A DNA stretch of 60,000 nucleotides from Laetmonice hystrix (Eukaryota): positions 6,884,001-6,944,000 of the forward strand of contig OZ249436.1 in assembly GCA_965235115.1 (NCBI GenBank), written 5' to 3'. Under the pieces are notes generated by a model, which saw only the letters and a list, made by a program, of their open reading frames with translations, made no database searches and was not told where the DNA came from. Shown here piece by piece: positions 1 to 12,476 of the stretch. The stretch's first letter is position 1. Each line of letters begins with the position of its first letter. The position numbers and the translations under genes were made by a program.

Positions 1-2747
1 AAAGTCAGGCGTCGACCGTACACAACTCCACCAGCAGGTTGGCGAGGACATCAGGAACAAAGTCAGGCGTCGACCGTCCACAAATCCACCAGCAGGTTGG
101 GGAGGACATCAGGAACAAAGTCAAGCGTCGACCGTACACAACTCCACCAGCAGGTTGGGGAGGACATCAGGAACAAAGTCAGGCGTCTATCGTGCACAAC
201 TCCACCAGCAGGTTGGGGAGGACATCAGGAACAAAGTCAGGCGTCGACCGTACACAACTCCACCAGCAGGTTGGGGAGGACATCAGGAACAAAGTCAGGC
301 GTCGACCGTACACAACTCCACCAGCAGGTTGGGGAGGACATCAGGGACAGTCAGGCGTCGACCGTACACAACTCCACCAGCAGGTTGGGGAGGACATCAG
401 GAACAAGGTCAGGCGTCGACCGTACACAACTCCACCAGCAGGTTGGGGAGGACATCAAGAACAAAGTCAGGCGTCGACCGTACACAACTCCACCAGCAGG
501 TTGGGGAGGACATCAGGAACAAAGTCAGGCGTCGACCGTACACAACTCTACCAGCAGGTTGGGGAGGACATCAGGGACAAAGTCAGGCGTCGACCGTACA
601 CAACTCCACCAGCAGGTTGGGGAGGACATCAGGGACAGTCAGGCGTCGACCGTACACAACTCCACCAGCAGGTTGGGGAGGACATCAGGAACAAAGTCAG
701 GCGTCGACCGTACACAACTCCACCAGCAGGTTGGGGAGGACATCAGGGACAAAGTCAGGCGTCGACCGTACACAACTCCACCAGCAGGTTGGGGAGGACA
801 TCAGGGACAGTCAGGCGTCGACCGTACACAACTCCACCAGCAGGTTGGGGAGGGCATCAGGGACAAAGTCAGACGTCGACCGTACACAACTCCACCAGCA
901 GGTTGGGGAGGACATCAGGGACAAAGTCAGGCGTCGACCGTACACAACTCCACCAGCAGGTTGGGGAGGACATCAGGAACAAAGTCAGGCGTCGACCGTA
1001 CACAACTCCACCAGCAGGTTGGGGAGGACATCAGGGACAAAGTCAGGCGTCGACCGTACACAACTCCACCAGCAGGTTGGGGAGGACATCAGGAACAAAG
1101 TCAGGCGTCGACCGTACACAACTCCACCAGCAGGTTGGGGAGGACATCAGGGACAAAGTCAAGCGTCGACCGTACACAACTCCACCAGCAGGTTGGGGAG
1201 GACATCAGGAACAAAGTCAGGCGTCGACCGTACACAACTCCACCAGCAGGTTGGGGAGGACATCAAGAACAAAGTCAGGCGTCGACCGTACACAACTCTA
1301 CCAGCAGGTTGGGGAGGACATCAGGGACAGTCAGGCGTCGACCGTACACAACTCCACCAGCAGGTTGGGGAGGACATCAGGAACAAAGTCAGGCGTCGAC
1401 CGTACACAACCCCACCAGCAGGTTGGGGAGGACATCAAGAACAAAGTCAGGCGTCGACCGTACACAACTCCACTAGCAGGTTGGGGAGGACATCAGGAAC
1501 AAAGTCAGGCGTCGACCGTACACAACTCCACCAGCAGGTTGGGGAGGACATCAAGAACAAAGTCAGGCGTCGACCGTACACAACTCGACCAGCAGGTTGG
1601 GGAGGACATCAGGAACAAAGTCAGGCGTCGACCGTACACAACTCCACCAGCAGGTTAGGGAGGACATCAGGAACAAAGTCAGGCGTCGACCGTACACAAC
1701 TCCACCAGCAGGTTGGGGAGGGCATCAGGAACAAAGTCAGGCGTCGACCGTACACAACTCCACCAGCAGGTTGGGGAGGACATCAGGAACAAAGTCAGGC
1801 GTCGACCGTACACAACTCCACCAGCAGGTTGGGGAGGACATCAGGAACAAAGTCAGGCGTCGACCGTACACAACTCCACCAGCAGGTTGGGGAGGACATC
1901 AGGAACAAAGTCAGGCGTCGACCGTACACAACTCCACCAGCAGGTTGGGGAGGACATCAGGGACAAAGTCAAGCGTCGACCGTACACAACTCCACCAGCA
2001 GGTTGGGGAGGACATCAGGAACAAAGTCAGGCGTCGACCGTACACAACTCCACCAGCAGGTTGGGGAGGACATCAAGAACAAAGTCAGGCGTCGACCGTA
2101 CACAACTCTACCAGCAGGTTGGGGAGGACATCAGGGACAGTCAGGCGTCGACCGTACACAACTCCACCAGCAGGTTGGGGAGGACATCAGGAACAAAGTC
2201 AGGCGTCGACCGTACACAACCCCACCAGCAGGTTGGGGAGGACATCAAGAACAAAGTCAGGCGTCGACCGTACACAACTCCACTAGCAGGTTGGGGAGGA
2301 CATCAGGAACAAAGTCAGGCGTCGACCGTACACAACTCCACCAGCAGGTTGGGGAGGACATCAAGAACAAAGTCAGGCGTCGACCGTACACAACTCGACC
2401 AGCAGGTTGGGGAGGACATCAGGAACAAAGTCAGGCGTCGACCGTACACAACTCCACCAGCAGGTTAGGGAGGACATCAGGAACAAAGTCAGGCGTCGAC
2501 CGTACACAACTCCACCAGCAGGTTGGGGAGGGCATCAGGAACAAAGTCAGGCGTCGACCGTACACAACTCCACCAGCAGGTTGGGGAGGACATCAGGAAC
2601 AAAGTCAGGCGTCGACCGTACACAACTCCACCAGCAGGTTGGGGAGGACATCAGGAACAAAGTCAGGCGTCGACCGTACACAACTCCACCAGCAGGTTGG
2701 GGAGGACATCAGGAACAAAGTCAGGCGTCGACCGTACACAACTCCAC
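1..2747. repeat. 58-bp minisatellite, about 47 units, running off the left edge of the window
   Basis: Head-to-tail unit AAAGTCAGGCGTCGACCGTACACAACTCCACCAGCAGGTTGGGGAGGACATCAGGAAC, with occasional 56-bp variants (GGGACAGTC). No spacers. Confidence 0.98.
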
Positions 2748-3361
2748 ATCGACTGTCTCCCACACAACGCTCTCCAATAAGTATTTTTTTATTTGATTAC
2801 ACGTATTCTCCCGCAGGAGCTTTTCTTCTTGTTTAAAGAAAAAAGACCAAGATTTGTATGGATGTCTATTGCTATAGAAATATTGGTTACGCCTATACTA
2901 GTCTCCGGTAATAAATTGTTCGATATTTAATGGATCCCTAAAACAGTACAATATAGAGAATATTCTATTCACATTATTAATTTTATTTAACAACTGGTCC
3001 ATGTTATTTTAAACACACACGGTATACCGTTTTCCATGGTTATATTAAAACTGTCCACATATTAACAGTGGAAGCCGGATCACTGAGTGGACTTTAAATA
3101 GCCAGGTATTAATCTTTCCATCGTTTTATTAACACCCCACTGAAAGTGATAATGTGGTTAATTTCACCGCGGATTGCCTCATCCATAACAACCGAGGTTT
3201 TCATTGGCCGGCAGACACCCCCACACGCCCACACTCACGCTCACCTGTCGTTGGTTTACCTGGAAGGAGCGGTGATTGACCAATAGGAGCGGTCCACCTA
3301 CAGGACAGCATTACGTCAGTCGTGTGGTTGTCTGTCAGCTCCGGCAGCAGCTAACAGTGCT

Positions 3362-3471
3362 CACAGTATACCATTAGGGAGCAGCTGTAATTAGAAACAA
3401 ACACCTTTATAAAACCACAGTTATACCATTAGGGAGCAGCTGTAATTAGACACAAATAACTTTATAAAACC
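3362..3471. repeat. About 55-bp two-copy tandem duplication
   Basis: TATACCATTAGGGAGCAGCTGTAATTAGA..AAA..ACTTTATAAAACC starts at 3367 and again at 3422. Confidence 0.9.
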
Positions 3472-3909
3472 CATAACAAGACAGGTGGAAACGGCACAGC
3501 AGCTGTATCTTACAAAAGTCAACCGGGAGAAGGTTTCTTGAATATGGAAACTGGATGAAAAACTATCAAAAAGATCATTTTATAATGTTAAACATATCAT
3601 CTGAGATGAAGCAGCCACGAACTCCCATTTTATTCCACCGAGGCTTTATAAATGACAAGGTAATGAGGTATGTCCAATCAACCTAGTGTAATCTTCCAGA
3701 GATATTTATACAAGTACTATATAAGCAGGAGCGACAACATTATTCTCTGCCACAGGATCATCAGATGTTCCTGAAGTAGCAACAGCAGGAAAAAAATCAC
3801 TATTTTCATAGATTATTATTGCCTCATGCAATGAATGCATTAGGTGCTATCGTGGTCTGCCGAAACCTTGTGGTAATTGCCTGATCACATTATACTAATC
3901 AATCACCGG

Positions 3910-4677
3910 TTCTACTCGAGATTTCTCACCCGAGCCACTGGTATATGGTCGAGTCTGACGACGGTACACAAACCCTGGTAAAATATCAATGTCATCAAAG
4001 TGATCTCATTAAAACTACTCGAGATTTTCCACCCGAGCCACTGGTATATGGTCGAGTCTGACGACGGTACTCTAACCCTGGTAAAATATCATGTCATCAG
4101 AGTGATCTCATTAAAATCCCGTATTCTACTCGAGATTTTCAACCCGAGCCACTGGTATATGGTCGAGTCTGACGACGGTACACAAACCCTGGTAAAATAT
4201 CAATGTCACCAAAGTGATCTCATTAAAATCCCGTATTCTACTCGAGATTTCCCACCCGAGCCACTGGTATACGGTCGAGTCTGACGACGGTACCCTAGTA
4301 AAATATCATGTCATCAAAGTGATCTCATTAAAATCCAGTATTCTACTCGAGATTTCCCACCCGAGCCACTGGTGTATGGTCGAGTCTGACGACGGTACAC
4401 AAACCCTGGTAAAATATCATGTCATCAAAGTGATCTCATTAAAATCCAGTATTCTACTCGAGATTTCCCACCCGAGCCACTGGTATATGGTCGAGTCTGA
4501 CGACGGTACTCAAACCCTGGTAAAATATCATGTCACCAAAGTGATCTCATTAAAATCCCGTATTCTACTCGAGATTTCCCACCCGAGCCACTGGTATATG
4601 GTCGAGTCTGACGACGGTACACAAACCCTGGTAAAATATCATGTCATCAAAGTGATCTCATTAAAATCCAGTATTCT
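3910..4677. repeat. About 111-bp tandem repeat, about 7 units
   Basis: TTCTACTCGAGATTTCCCACCCGAGCCACTGG...CTCATTAAAATCC(C/A)GTA recurs, e.g. at 4341, 4452 and 4563. Some units have small indels. Confidence 0.97.
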
Positions 4678-5136
4678 GTCATTTTAGATAATAGAACTTT
4701 ACCCGCCCCCAGGGGTTATCATCAATCTGATTTGTTTCCCGTGCTAGTACCCTGCCGCCAGATATTTTATCAGAGCAACACAAGAGCACCCTCTTCAATA
4801 CTAAATCAAATGGTTATACTTTGATATTAAATCATAAAGTACATGACCCATTACCAATATCAGCACGGCACAGAAATAATGAAGATTTATAATTCTAGTT
4901 TTAGTATTATGACCAGGAATGCAGGAACCCGCCGACAGGAAATGTTGTATCATTTTCGTTCACCATCGACTTTGGCCTTTATAACAGAAAGGTTTGGAGA
5001 GTTACAGGTAAGATAATATGTAGCAAGGTATCTGCTTGCTTTCACTGTGACAGGTGACACCCGCTAAGGTAGATAGTATGAGTGTAGTCTTACCACCTGT
5101 TGACATTAACAGTGAAAGGCGAATCTCTGTGGCCAA

Positions 5137-5152
5137 CTCCACCTAGCGGCCA
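5137..5152 (-). promoter_or_regulatory. CTCF-like motif
   Basis: Minus strand reads TGGCCGCTAGGTGGAG, close to the CTCF core TGGCCAC(C/T)AG(G/A)(T/G)GGCG. Motif match only. Confidence 0.3.
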
Positions 5153-8063
5153 TGGCGGCAAGCTCCCATCGAGTATTTACAAAACATTTGGTTTGAATTG
5201 CACTGCAGATTGTGAACCAGGCTCCGGGCTAATAATCTCGCCGTTTCTCGTGTTGCAGAGATAATAAACATATTTTTATTTCTTCATCCCAGTATCTTGA
5301 TCCTGGTGCTAAAACAACCGTATCATCACAGAGATGTAGTACGGGAAAAAGATCCGATTCTTTCAACAATCCTCGGCAGAGAGGAGATCATTTTAGAGCG
5401 AGTTAGTCGAGACATTATTTCTGTCTGGTTCAATATAAGCGTATCGCCGAGTAAATTGCGAATAAATTAATGGTCCATCACTCAAATTGCCGGTGGTTAT
5501 AAATTTATTTACTACAATGACATTTCCAATGCTGTCCAAAGTCATTTGTCGCAGGGAAAGGTCCTTTCTTACCGCCAGTACACTCCAGCCACCCACCAGT
5601 TCTATTCGTGCACACATCATCTCCAGGCCATTTTTCTCCATTGTGTTTTCTGATTATTGCCCGGATTTCCAATCCCAACATTTTGTTCATGTAATATTGA
5701 CATGGACAAATATGGTAGCTGGAGATGATGATAATGATGGGGCAGCCACGCGATACTCCGATCAGCGTCCATGTCTAGTGTTACCACCAGGGACAGTCAG
5801 GAGACTGGAGGAGACTGTGGAGAGGACTCCCCGGCAAGGCTTTCTGACAGCCACGACTCATCAAGTCACACAGGTATGCCTAGCAGTACAGGTGAAATGG
5901 CCCTGGATATATTATTTGTCAAGCTTTCACTTGTGTATTTGTGCTTGTAAAACTCTCCATTCTGCGGTAATATCTTCCACCGACCCCCTTCCCGTACCAA
6001 TGTTTTTAAAGTTTAATATGTAAAGATTTAACCTAACAATCTCAACAACATTATTTTCCACTAAGAACTCTTAGCAAACTTCAATCAAAGATTGGTCCAT
6101 CTATTTACGTTCAGCCGACCTGAGATGAACTGTAAATTAATTCACACACATATATATGGGTGAGTCTGATAGTCTGATTGATTTCTGCTTGGTTGTAGAA
6201 TGAGTTGAAGTTGATCCATGATGACGACAGTCTCCGTCAATCGATCTAGACACCATCGACTTGCCCAGACCGTCACCAGTCCATCGACCGTGGCTTCATC
6301 GATCGTCGACAACTCGGTGTTTGCTCTAGGAAAGCGTTGAGATACAATGATATATGACATGGGTCTGTTTTCTGATGAATGTCCCTTCAGGTTGAGCTTG
6401 AAGCGACAGCATCTCATCTTTTATACGTTCATACGTCACTGTTACATTCTACCAGGCCCCCCGTCCTGCTCGGTCCTGCTCCGTCCTTCCTACACCTGGT
6501 GGCTGATGGATGAGACAGCCATCGGGACACGACAAACTTCTTACCGACTCAAGTTAAATGATGACAGACTGGAGTTAAAGGAAGAGAGCATCGCTCAGAC
6601 TGGGCATGCACTGATTGGGATGACTGACCTCGGCCTCAACACCTCGGGACAAAAAGGACGTGATTTTTCACAATTTCCCTATAATACCTCACACATTAAT
6701 CGTATTACGCGTTGACCTTCTCTCAGCTGCAGCAGCCAGGAGCATGGCAGTGATAAATCACTGGGGGTGCTCCAGGGGGGACACAGGAGAAGGACTCTGG
6801 CCTAGAGGTGCCACTTCTCAACACCTAGGTGTGGCTCTTCATGACAGACATAACCAGACGTACGCCTCGTCATGATCGACGCGTCCAATGTATTTCACGA
6901 TCAAACACGGCCGCAGCAGGATGACACGCACACGTCGCAGCCATTTTAAAACCATGCAATCCAACAGAGGTCAACGTTATGTGTGGAACACTCCCTGCCA
7001 TCAGTTCTTCTTTGAAAAGCAAATATTTGTAATATAAAAAGTTTGTTAAAAATATCTTTTCTGAACAAAACAAGCACACAACCAACAAATCTCTGACATC
7101 GTCATCGTGAATTGAAAGGCTTTCCCAGTGTCGTCATGCCACGTTCAGGTGGCCTGGCGTCGTCACAGATACCGACCAATTCACTGTAGCAAGTCAGTAC
7201 ACCTGCGCCTGGGCCACATAATAAAAATTACAACCGATCTAAATCACCTTCGAAATACCATGGGAAAGAGAAAAATTACAGCGAATGGAGCTATACGTGG
7301 GTTTATATTAAGACATCTGACAATAAGATCCCCCTCAATTTCAGAGTCATAAGTATACAAAATTTCCAATCAATAATGTAAGATACAAAATATTTTTTTC
7401 TTTCATGTGTGAATTCATATTTTGTGTGTAAAAGAAAAGAAAGGATTAAAAAAAAACAGTGAACGGAAACGACTTCCCAACTGAAAGATGCTTCTTCTTG
7501 TGCCAATATCTACAGGGAAATTAGAAAAAAATTCAAGTAAACCGAGTTGAGGTTAAGTGGAACCAAGGAGTAATATGATATCTCAGGTGGAAGTTGTCAG
7601 TGCGTTTTGTTACTTTGGTGGGCTGCCTGCCGCTACCTTCCATCGCCCATCCCCTGTCCCCTTCATCTCCCGGCCGCCGTGCCAACAGCAGCACCAGCTG
7701 TCTTACGACCAAGGCACCTCAGTGGCTCCCCGCCCGCCTCAATTGAGGACCAACCGTTCTGGAGCCAGTCTCAGTCACACCTCAATAGAAGAAATTAATT
7801 TATAGACGTGCGAGCAGACGTGAAACGAGGCTGGGACTAATAGCGTGCGATCCTTGATGAGAGAGCCCGTCAGTACATCAGGTACTCTGTCGCCAGTTTG
7901 CCGGGGAAGACAATGAAATAGTCAGAACCGCCGGCTTTTAATTTCGGCCAATGTGGGGCCAGGTGCTTCTGTTGGGAGTCGGGGTGTGACAAATGGGGGG
8001 TTGGGTGGTTCCCCTGGAGGAGACTGGGTTCTTACAGGCTAACCCGGCGGCCAGGAGGAGTAT

Positions 8064-9033
8064 AGGTGGGGTCTCTCACTCTGTACAGTGGGAGACACAG
8101 GTGGGGTCCCTCACTCTGTACAGTGACAGACACAGGTGGGGTCCCTCACTCTGTACAGTGGGAGACACAGGTGGGGTCCCTCACTCTGTACAGTGGGAGA
8201 CACAGGTGGGGTCCCTCACTCTGTACAGTGGGAGACACAGGTGGGGTCCCTCACTCTGTACAGTGGGAGACACAGGTGGGGTCCCTCACTCTGTACAGTG
8301 AGAGACACAGGTGGGGTCCCTCACTCTGTACAGTGTGAGACACAGGTGGGGTCCCTCACTCTGTACAGTGGGAGACACAGGTGGGGTCCCTCACTCTGTA
8401 CAGTGAGAGACACAGGTGGGGTCCCTCACTCTGTACAGTGAGAGACACAGGTGGGGTCCCTCACTCTGCACAGTGGGATTCACAGGTGGGGTCCCTCACT
8501 CTGTACAGTGGGAGACACAGGTGGGGTCCCTCACTCTGTACAGTGAGAGACACAGGTGGGGTCCCTCACTCTGTACAGTGAGAGACACAGGTGGGGTCCC
8601 TCACTCTGTACAGTGAGAGACACAGGTGGGGTCCCTCTGTACAGTGGGAGACACAGGTGGGGTCCCTCACTCTGTACAGTGAGAGACACAGGTGGGGTCC
8701 CTCTGTACAGTGGGAGACACAGGTGGGGTCCCTCACTCTGTACAGTGAGAGACACAGGTGGGGTCCCTCTGTACAGTGGGAGACACAGGCGGGGTCCCTC
8801 ACTCTGTACAGTGGGAGACACAGGTGGGGTCCCTCACTCTGTACAGTGGGAGACATAGGCGGGGTCCCTCACTCTGTACAGTGGGAGACACAGGTGGGGT
8901 CCCTCACTCTGTACAGTGGGAGACACAGGTGGGGTCCCTCACTCTGTACAGTGGGAGACACAGGTGGGGTCCCTCACTCTGTACAGCGGGAGACACAGGT
9001 GGGGGTCCCTCACTCTGTACAGTGAGAGACACA
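8064..9033. repeat. 35-bp minisatellite, about 28 units, with 31-bp deletion variants
   Basis: Unit GGTGGGGTCCCTCACTCTGTACAGTG(G/A)GAGACACA. Confidence 0.98.
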
Positions 9034-9302
9034 TAAGATGGTCTGGTGACAGCATGACAAGGTAGACCTGGAACTAATGAGTGCCACAGCTGGGCAAGTG
9101 TTCCTAGACCTCACTCCATGCCAGAACACACATAAAGAAGAAAGAATGACGCCAGTACAAGGCAGTCCCTTGATGGGAGTCAGGAGAGCTGAGTTGATGG
9201 ATGGAGAGAGACAGAAGGTAGGGTAAAGTGACTGAAATATTGCTCTATGGCAGGCGTTTCTCCATGTACCTTGGCTCTAGATGCCAGCAGTCGCATGTGT
9301 AT

Positions 9303-10234
9303 ACGACCAGTCACGTGCGAACACGACCAGTCACATGTGGACACAACCAGTCACGTCCACCATGTGTTGGTTAACGACCAGTCACATCCACCGCGTGTGG
9401 GGACGACCAGTCACATGTGGAGACGTCACCAGTCACCTGCACCATGCGTGGGAGTGAGTGAGTAGTTGGTTAACGTCCAGTCAGCAGTATTTCAGCTATA
9501 TCAGGGCGAGAACAAGTCGGTGAAATTCATTGGGTGATAATGATACGATGATAGGAAGAAACCCGCGCACCGGGGTGACCCCCCTACTCTTTTCGATAGA
9601 TGTTAAAGGATCCTTAACGTGCCCCTCCACATAGACGTATCGTGACACGGCGGGCCTTTGATAAAGCAGGCCCTGCTATGCAGGAAAGTCCGGCGCGGTC
9701 GCAGCTTGAACCCAGACCCTTTGGATCAAAGGTCTCGTGTTCTAACCACTGCGCCACCCCGGACCCCCTCCACCACGCGTGGGGACGACCAGTCACATCA
9801 TCCACCACGCGTGGGGACGACCAGTCACATCATCCACCACGCGTGGGGACGACCAGTCACATCATCCACCACGCGTGGGGACGACCAGTCACATCATCCA
9901 CCACCCGTGGGGACGACCAGTCACATCATCCACCACCCGTGGGGACGACCAGTCACATTATCCACCAAGTGTGGGGACGACCAGTCACATGATCCACCAA
10001 GTGTGGGGACGACCAGTCACATCATCCACCACGCGTGGGGACGACCAGTCACATCATCCACCACCCGTGGGGACGACCAGTCACATCATCCACCACGCGT
10101 GGGGACGACCAGTCACATCATCCACCACGCGTGGGGACGACCAGTCACATCATCCACCACACGTGGGGACGACCAGTCACATCATCCACCACGCGTGGGG
10201 ACGACCAGTCACATTATCCACCAAGTGTGGGGAC
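9303..10234. repeat. 32-bp minisatellite interrupted by a SINE (degenerate arm 9303-9452, homogeneous arm 9769-10234)
   Basis: Unit CCACCACGCGTGGGGACGACCAGTCACATCAT, about 14.5 copies on the right. Decayed ACGACCAGTCAC units lie on the left. Confidence 0.95.
9453..9768 (-). mobile_element. Full-length tRNA-derived SINE (about 316 bp) with an (ACTC)n tail, possibly MetaSINE-like
   Basis: The minus-strand 5' end GGGGGTCCGGGGTGGCGCAGTGGTTAGAACAC...GGGTTCAAGC has a Pol III A box (9746-9756) and a degenerate B box (9704-9712). The central segment is GGCACGTTAAGGATCC...TCGAAAAGAGTAGGGG...CCCCGG. The 3' end CTGAAATACTGCTGACTGGACGTTAACCAACT(ACTC)n is shared with 56531-56653. The superfamily assignment is from memory of the domain and needs a search. 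Confidence 0.88.
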
Positions 10235-10614
10235 TAAAGTCGGCATCCATTAAGTGTTGAAACCTCCTACACTTAATATAAGCATAGATCTACACCATAA
10301 TTTCGAATGCTATATTGAGGTCATCTCAATTTATGTTCAACAATCACCCCCCCCCCCATTATCTTTTTGAGAAGGTTAATATTTCATGTTACCAACATTT
10401 ACAAAAATTGACGTCATTAAGCCGATGGCTGTACACGTTTCTTAAATTTCTACAATGTGGCTCCGACATTTCATCGATTAAAACAACTGCCAAACGGGTC
10501 CGATTCCTCTCTCTGTGTCATGGATTTCTCCAGTGCAGCTATCGGTCACCTCTGAGCACCATTGCTCAAGAGAAATAATGACAGCACTCAAAAAGAGACA
10601 ATCGTAAAACGTCA

Positions 10615-10821
10615 ACATGACAGATCGGAACAAGAAATCTCTTCTAAAACTGCGTCTCGTCATACGACGTCAGCCACTCGGAGAAATAACAGAAGTGGAT
10701 ATAAAACTATCGTCACATGACAGATGTGAACAAGAAATCTCTTCTAAAACTGCGTCTCGTCATACGGCGTCAGCCACTCGGAGAAATAACAGAATATAAA
10801 ACTATCGTCACTGTCAGATGT
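10615..10821. repeat. 100-bp two-copy tandem duplication
   Basis: ACATGACAGAT..GAACAAGAAATCTCTTCTAAAACTGCGTCTCGTC... starts at 10615 and 10715. Confidence 0.93.
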
Positions 10822-11173
10822 CGGACATTTCTTATATCACAATACACGACTCTCCCCGCCCAATAATTAAACTGTCGTCTGAGGTATGCTCATGTAGAAA
10901 TGATAATTAATAATAAAAGTAAATATCAGCGAGAGGTTAATCATATAGGAGCAACGTCAGACATAATCAACGGGAGTGGGTATTCTTTTTTTATTATTAA
11001 ACTGACAGCAGGAGACCCTGCAGATTTAAGGCCGGTAGGAAAGTTCTAAAAACATGTCGTGAACATAATAAAGATAAGTCAACCCGCCATACAGTGACAA
11101 TCAATACACAATACGTATGACGTGATGGTGTATGATTCTGCTGGCCGTTACTCGACCTCCTGCACCTCGTGCG

Positions 11174-11183
11174 GTCACGTGAC
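11174..11183. promoter_or_regulatory. Perfect extended E-box GTCACGTGAC (USF/MiT-TFE, CLEAR-type)
   Basis: Exact 10-bp palindrome in unique CpG-rich sequence. Motif match only. Confidence 0.3.
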
Positions 11184-11545
11184 GGTCAAGGATCGATCGG
11201 TCCGGTCAACCTGTGTGGTCTGTGTGTGGTGACGATCTCATCACCCAACCCCTCAACTGACCGTTTACAGCGGATCAAAAACAGCTTGGTCGCCCCTAAC
11301 TACATGTGTGATTGGCCAGTCCCTAGGACGTGACCCAGTTATTCGGGGACATGATGATCCATATCTGTACTATCCATGATGGAGCCTTACAAGTGATCTG
11401 GTCATTACTGATGCCCTCATCCCCCTAAATGCCCCCCTTTCCCCCAAATATCTCCAATCTCCCATTTTCCCCTTTGAGCAAGGTTTGACTCCCGCAAGAT
11501 TCCTCAGGCTGAATGAGGCCAAGTATTTGAGTGTTCTGCTAGTCT

Positions 11546-11618
11546 GTTAGTGCCATAGTGCCACTAACGTTGGGGATATCGTTAGTGCCATAGTGCCACT
11601 AACGTTGGGGATATCGTT
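11546..11618. repeat. 35-bp two-copy tandem duplication
   Basis: GTTAGTGCCATAGTGCCACTAACGTTGGGGATATC at 11546 and 11581. Confidence 0.93.
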
Positions 11619-12476
11619 GGTCAGCTTTAGGACTGTTAACGGTATCGTTTATGTTTTCTCACAGAACCTGAGGTCGTATTGCCTCAGCCCCTGAAAGCCC
11701 ACTCATTCTGCTTTATCGTATTAAAATCAAGAAAACACTTGGATCAGACTAATATTTAAAAACGCTCTACAGTTATAAAATAACCATAGAGAAATACCTG
11801 GCCTTCAGCCGGATGGGATGAAGAGGAATAAAGATTATAGTATCACCCTCAAGGGATCCGCCTAGGCGAGTTTCTCTTTAAAGTTATTATTTGTGGGCTA
11901 TCCAAGGACATTCATCAAGCTGTCACCAGTGTGCCGTCCATCATGGCAGCACTTGGCGGCGCCCGCCTCGGACACCGCTGGTCATGACGGCGGTCAGGGG
12001 CCGGGTGGGGCCGGGTGGGGGCGGGTGGGGGCGGGGGGGTGTATCGGGTGAGGACACCTCTAAGGAGGGTCTGATGGACACGAGTATCGGAATGTAGTCA
12101 CAACTCCCGAGTTGATCGTGATGTTATTAATCAGTAAATTGGTCAAAAAGTCTGTGGTCAGAACAATTGGTGATGCAATTCATCCCGAGAAGTTTTCATT
12201 GTTTATAATGATTGGAAAATAAATAAAGTTGAGAAAAATTTCAATGGCATGTTTTCTCAGGCATGATGAACTATAGCCTTTCTTGGAGATCATATCAAAT
12301 GTTTTCCCGTTTTGTTTACGAAAATAATTATTCTTTCTTGGTAAATCTTGTAAATGCCACCAGTACAAGTATTTGTAGCTCCCCTTACAGAGAGTCAACA
12401 TATGTTTTTTTCTCAATCACTGTATTGGACGAAACGGAAAATACACAAAACAATAATTTCAGGACAAAGACCGTGG

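Noticed and set aside
39..2836. Long ORFs (up to 893 aa) in all three plus frames
   Set aside because: The 58-bp unit has no plus-strand stop, so all frames give the same cyclic peptide. Frame-shifting 56-bp units are tolerated, indicating no coding constraint.
9690..9768. tRNA gene
   Set aside because: A and B boxes are present, but the B box is degenerate and there is no proper acceptor stem or terminator. The sequence continues into a SINE body and tail.
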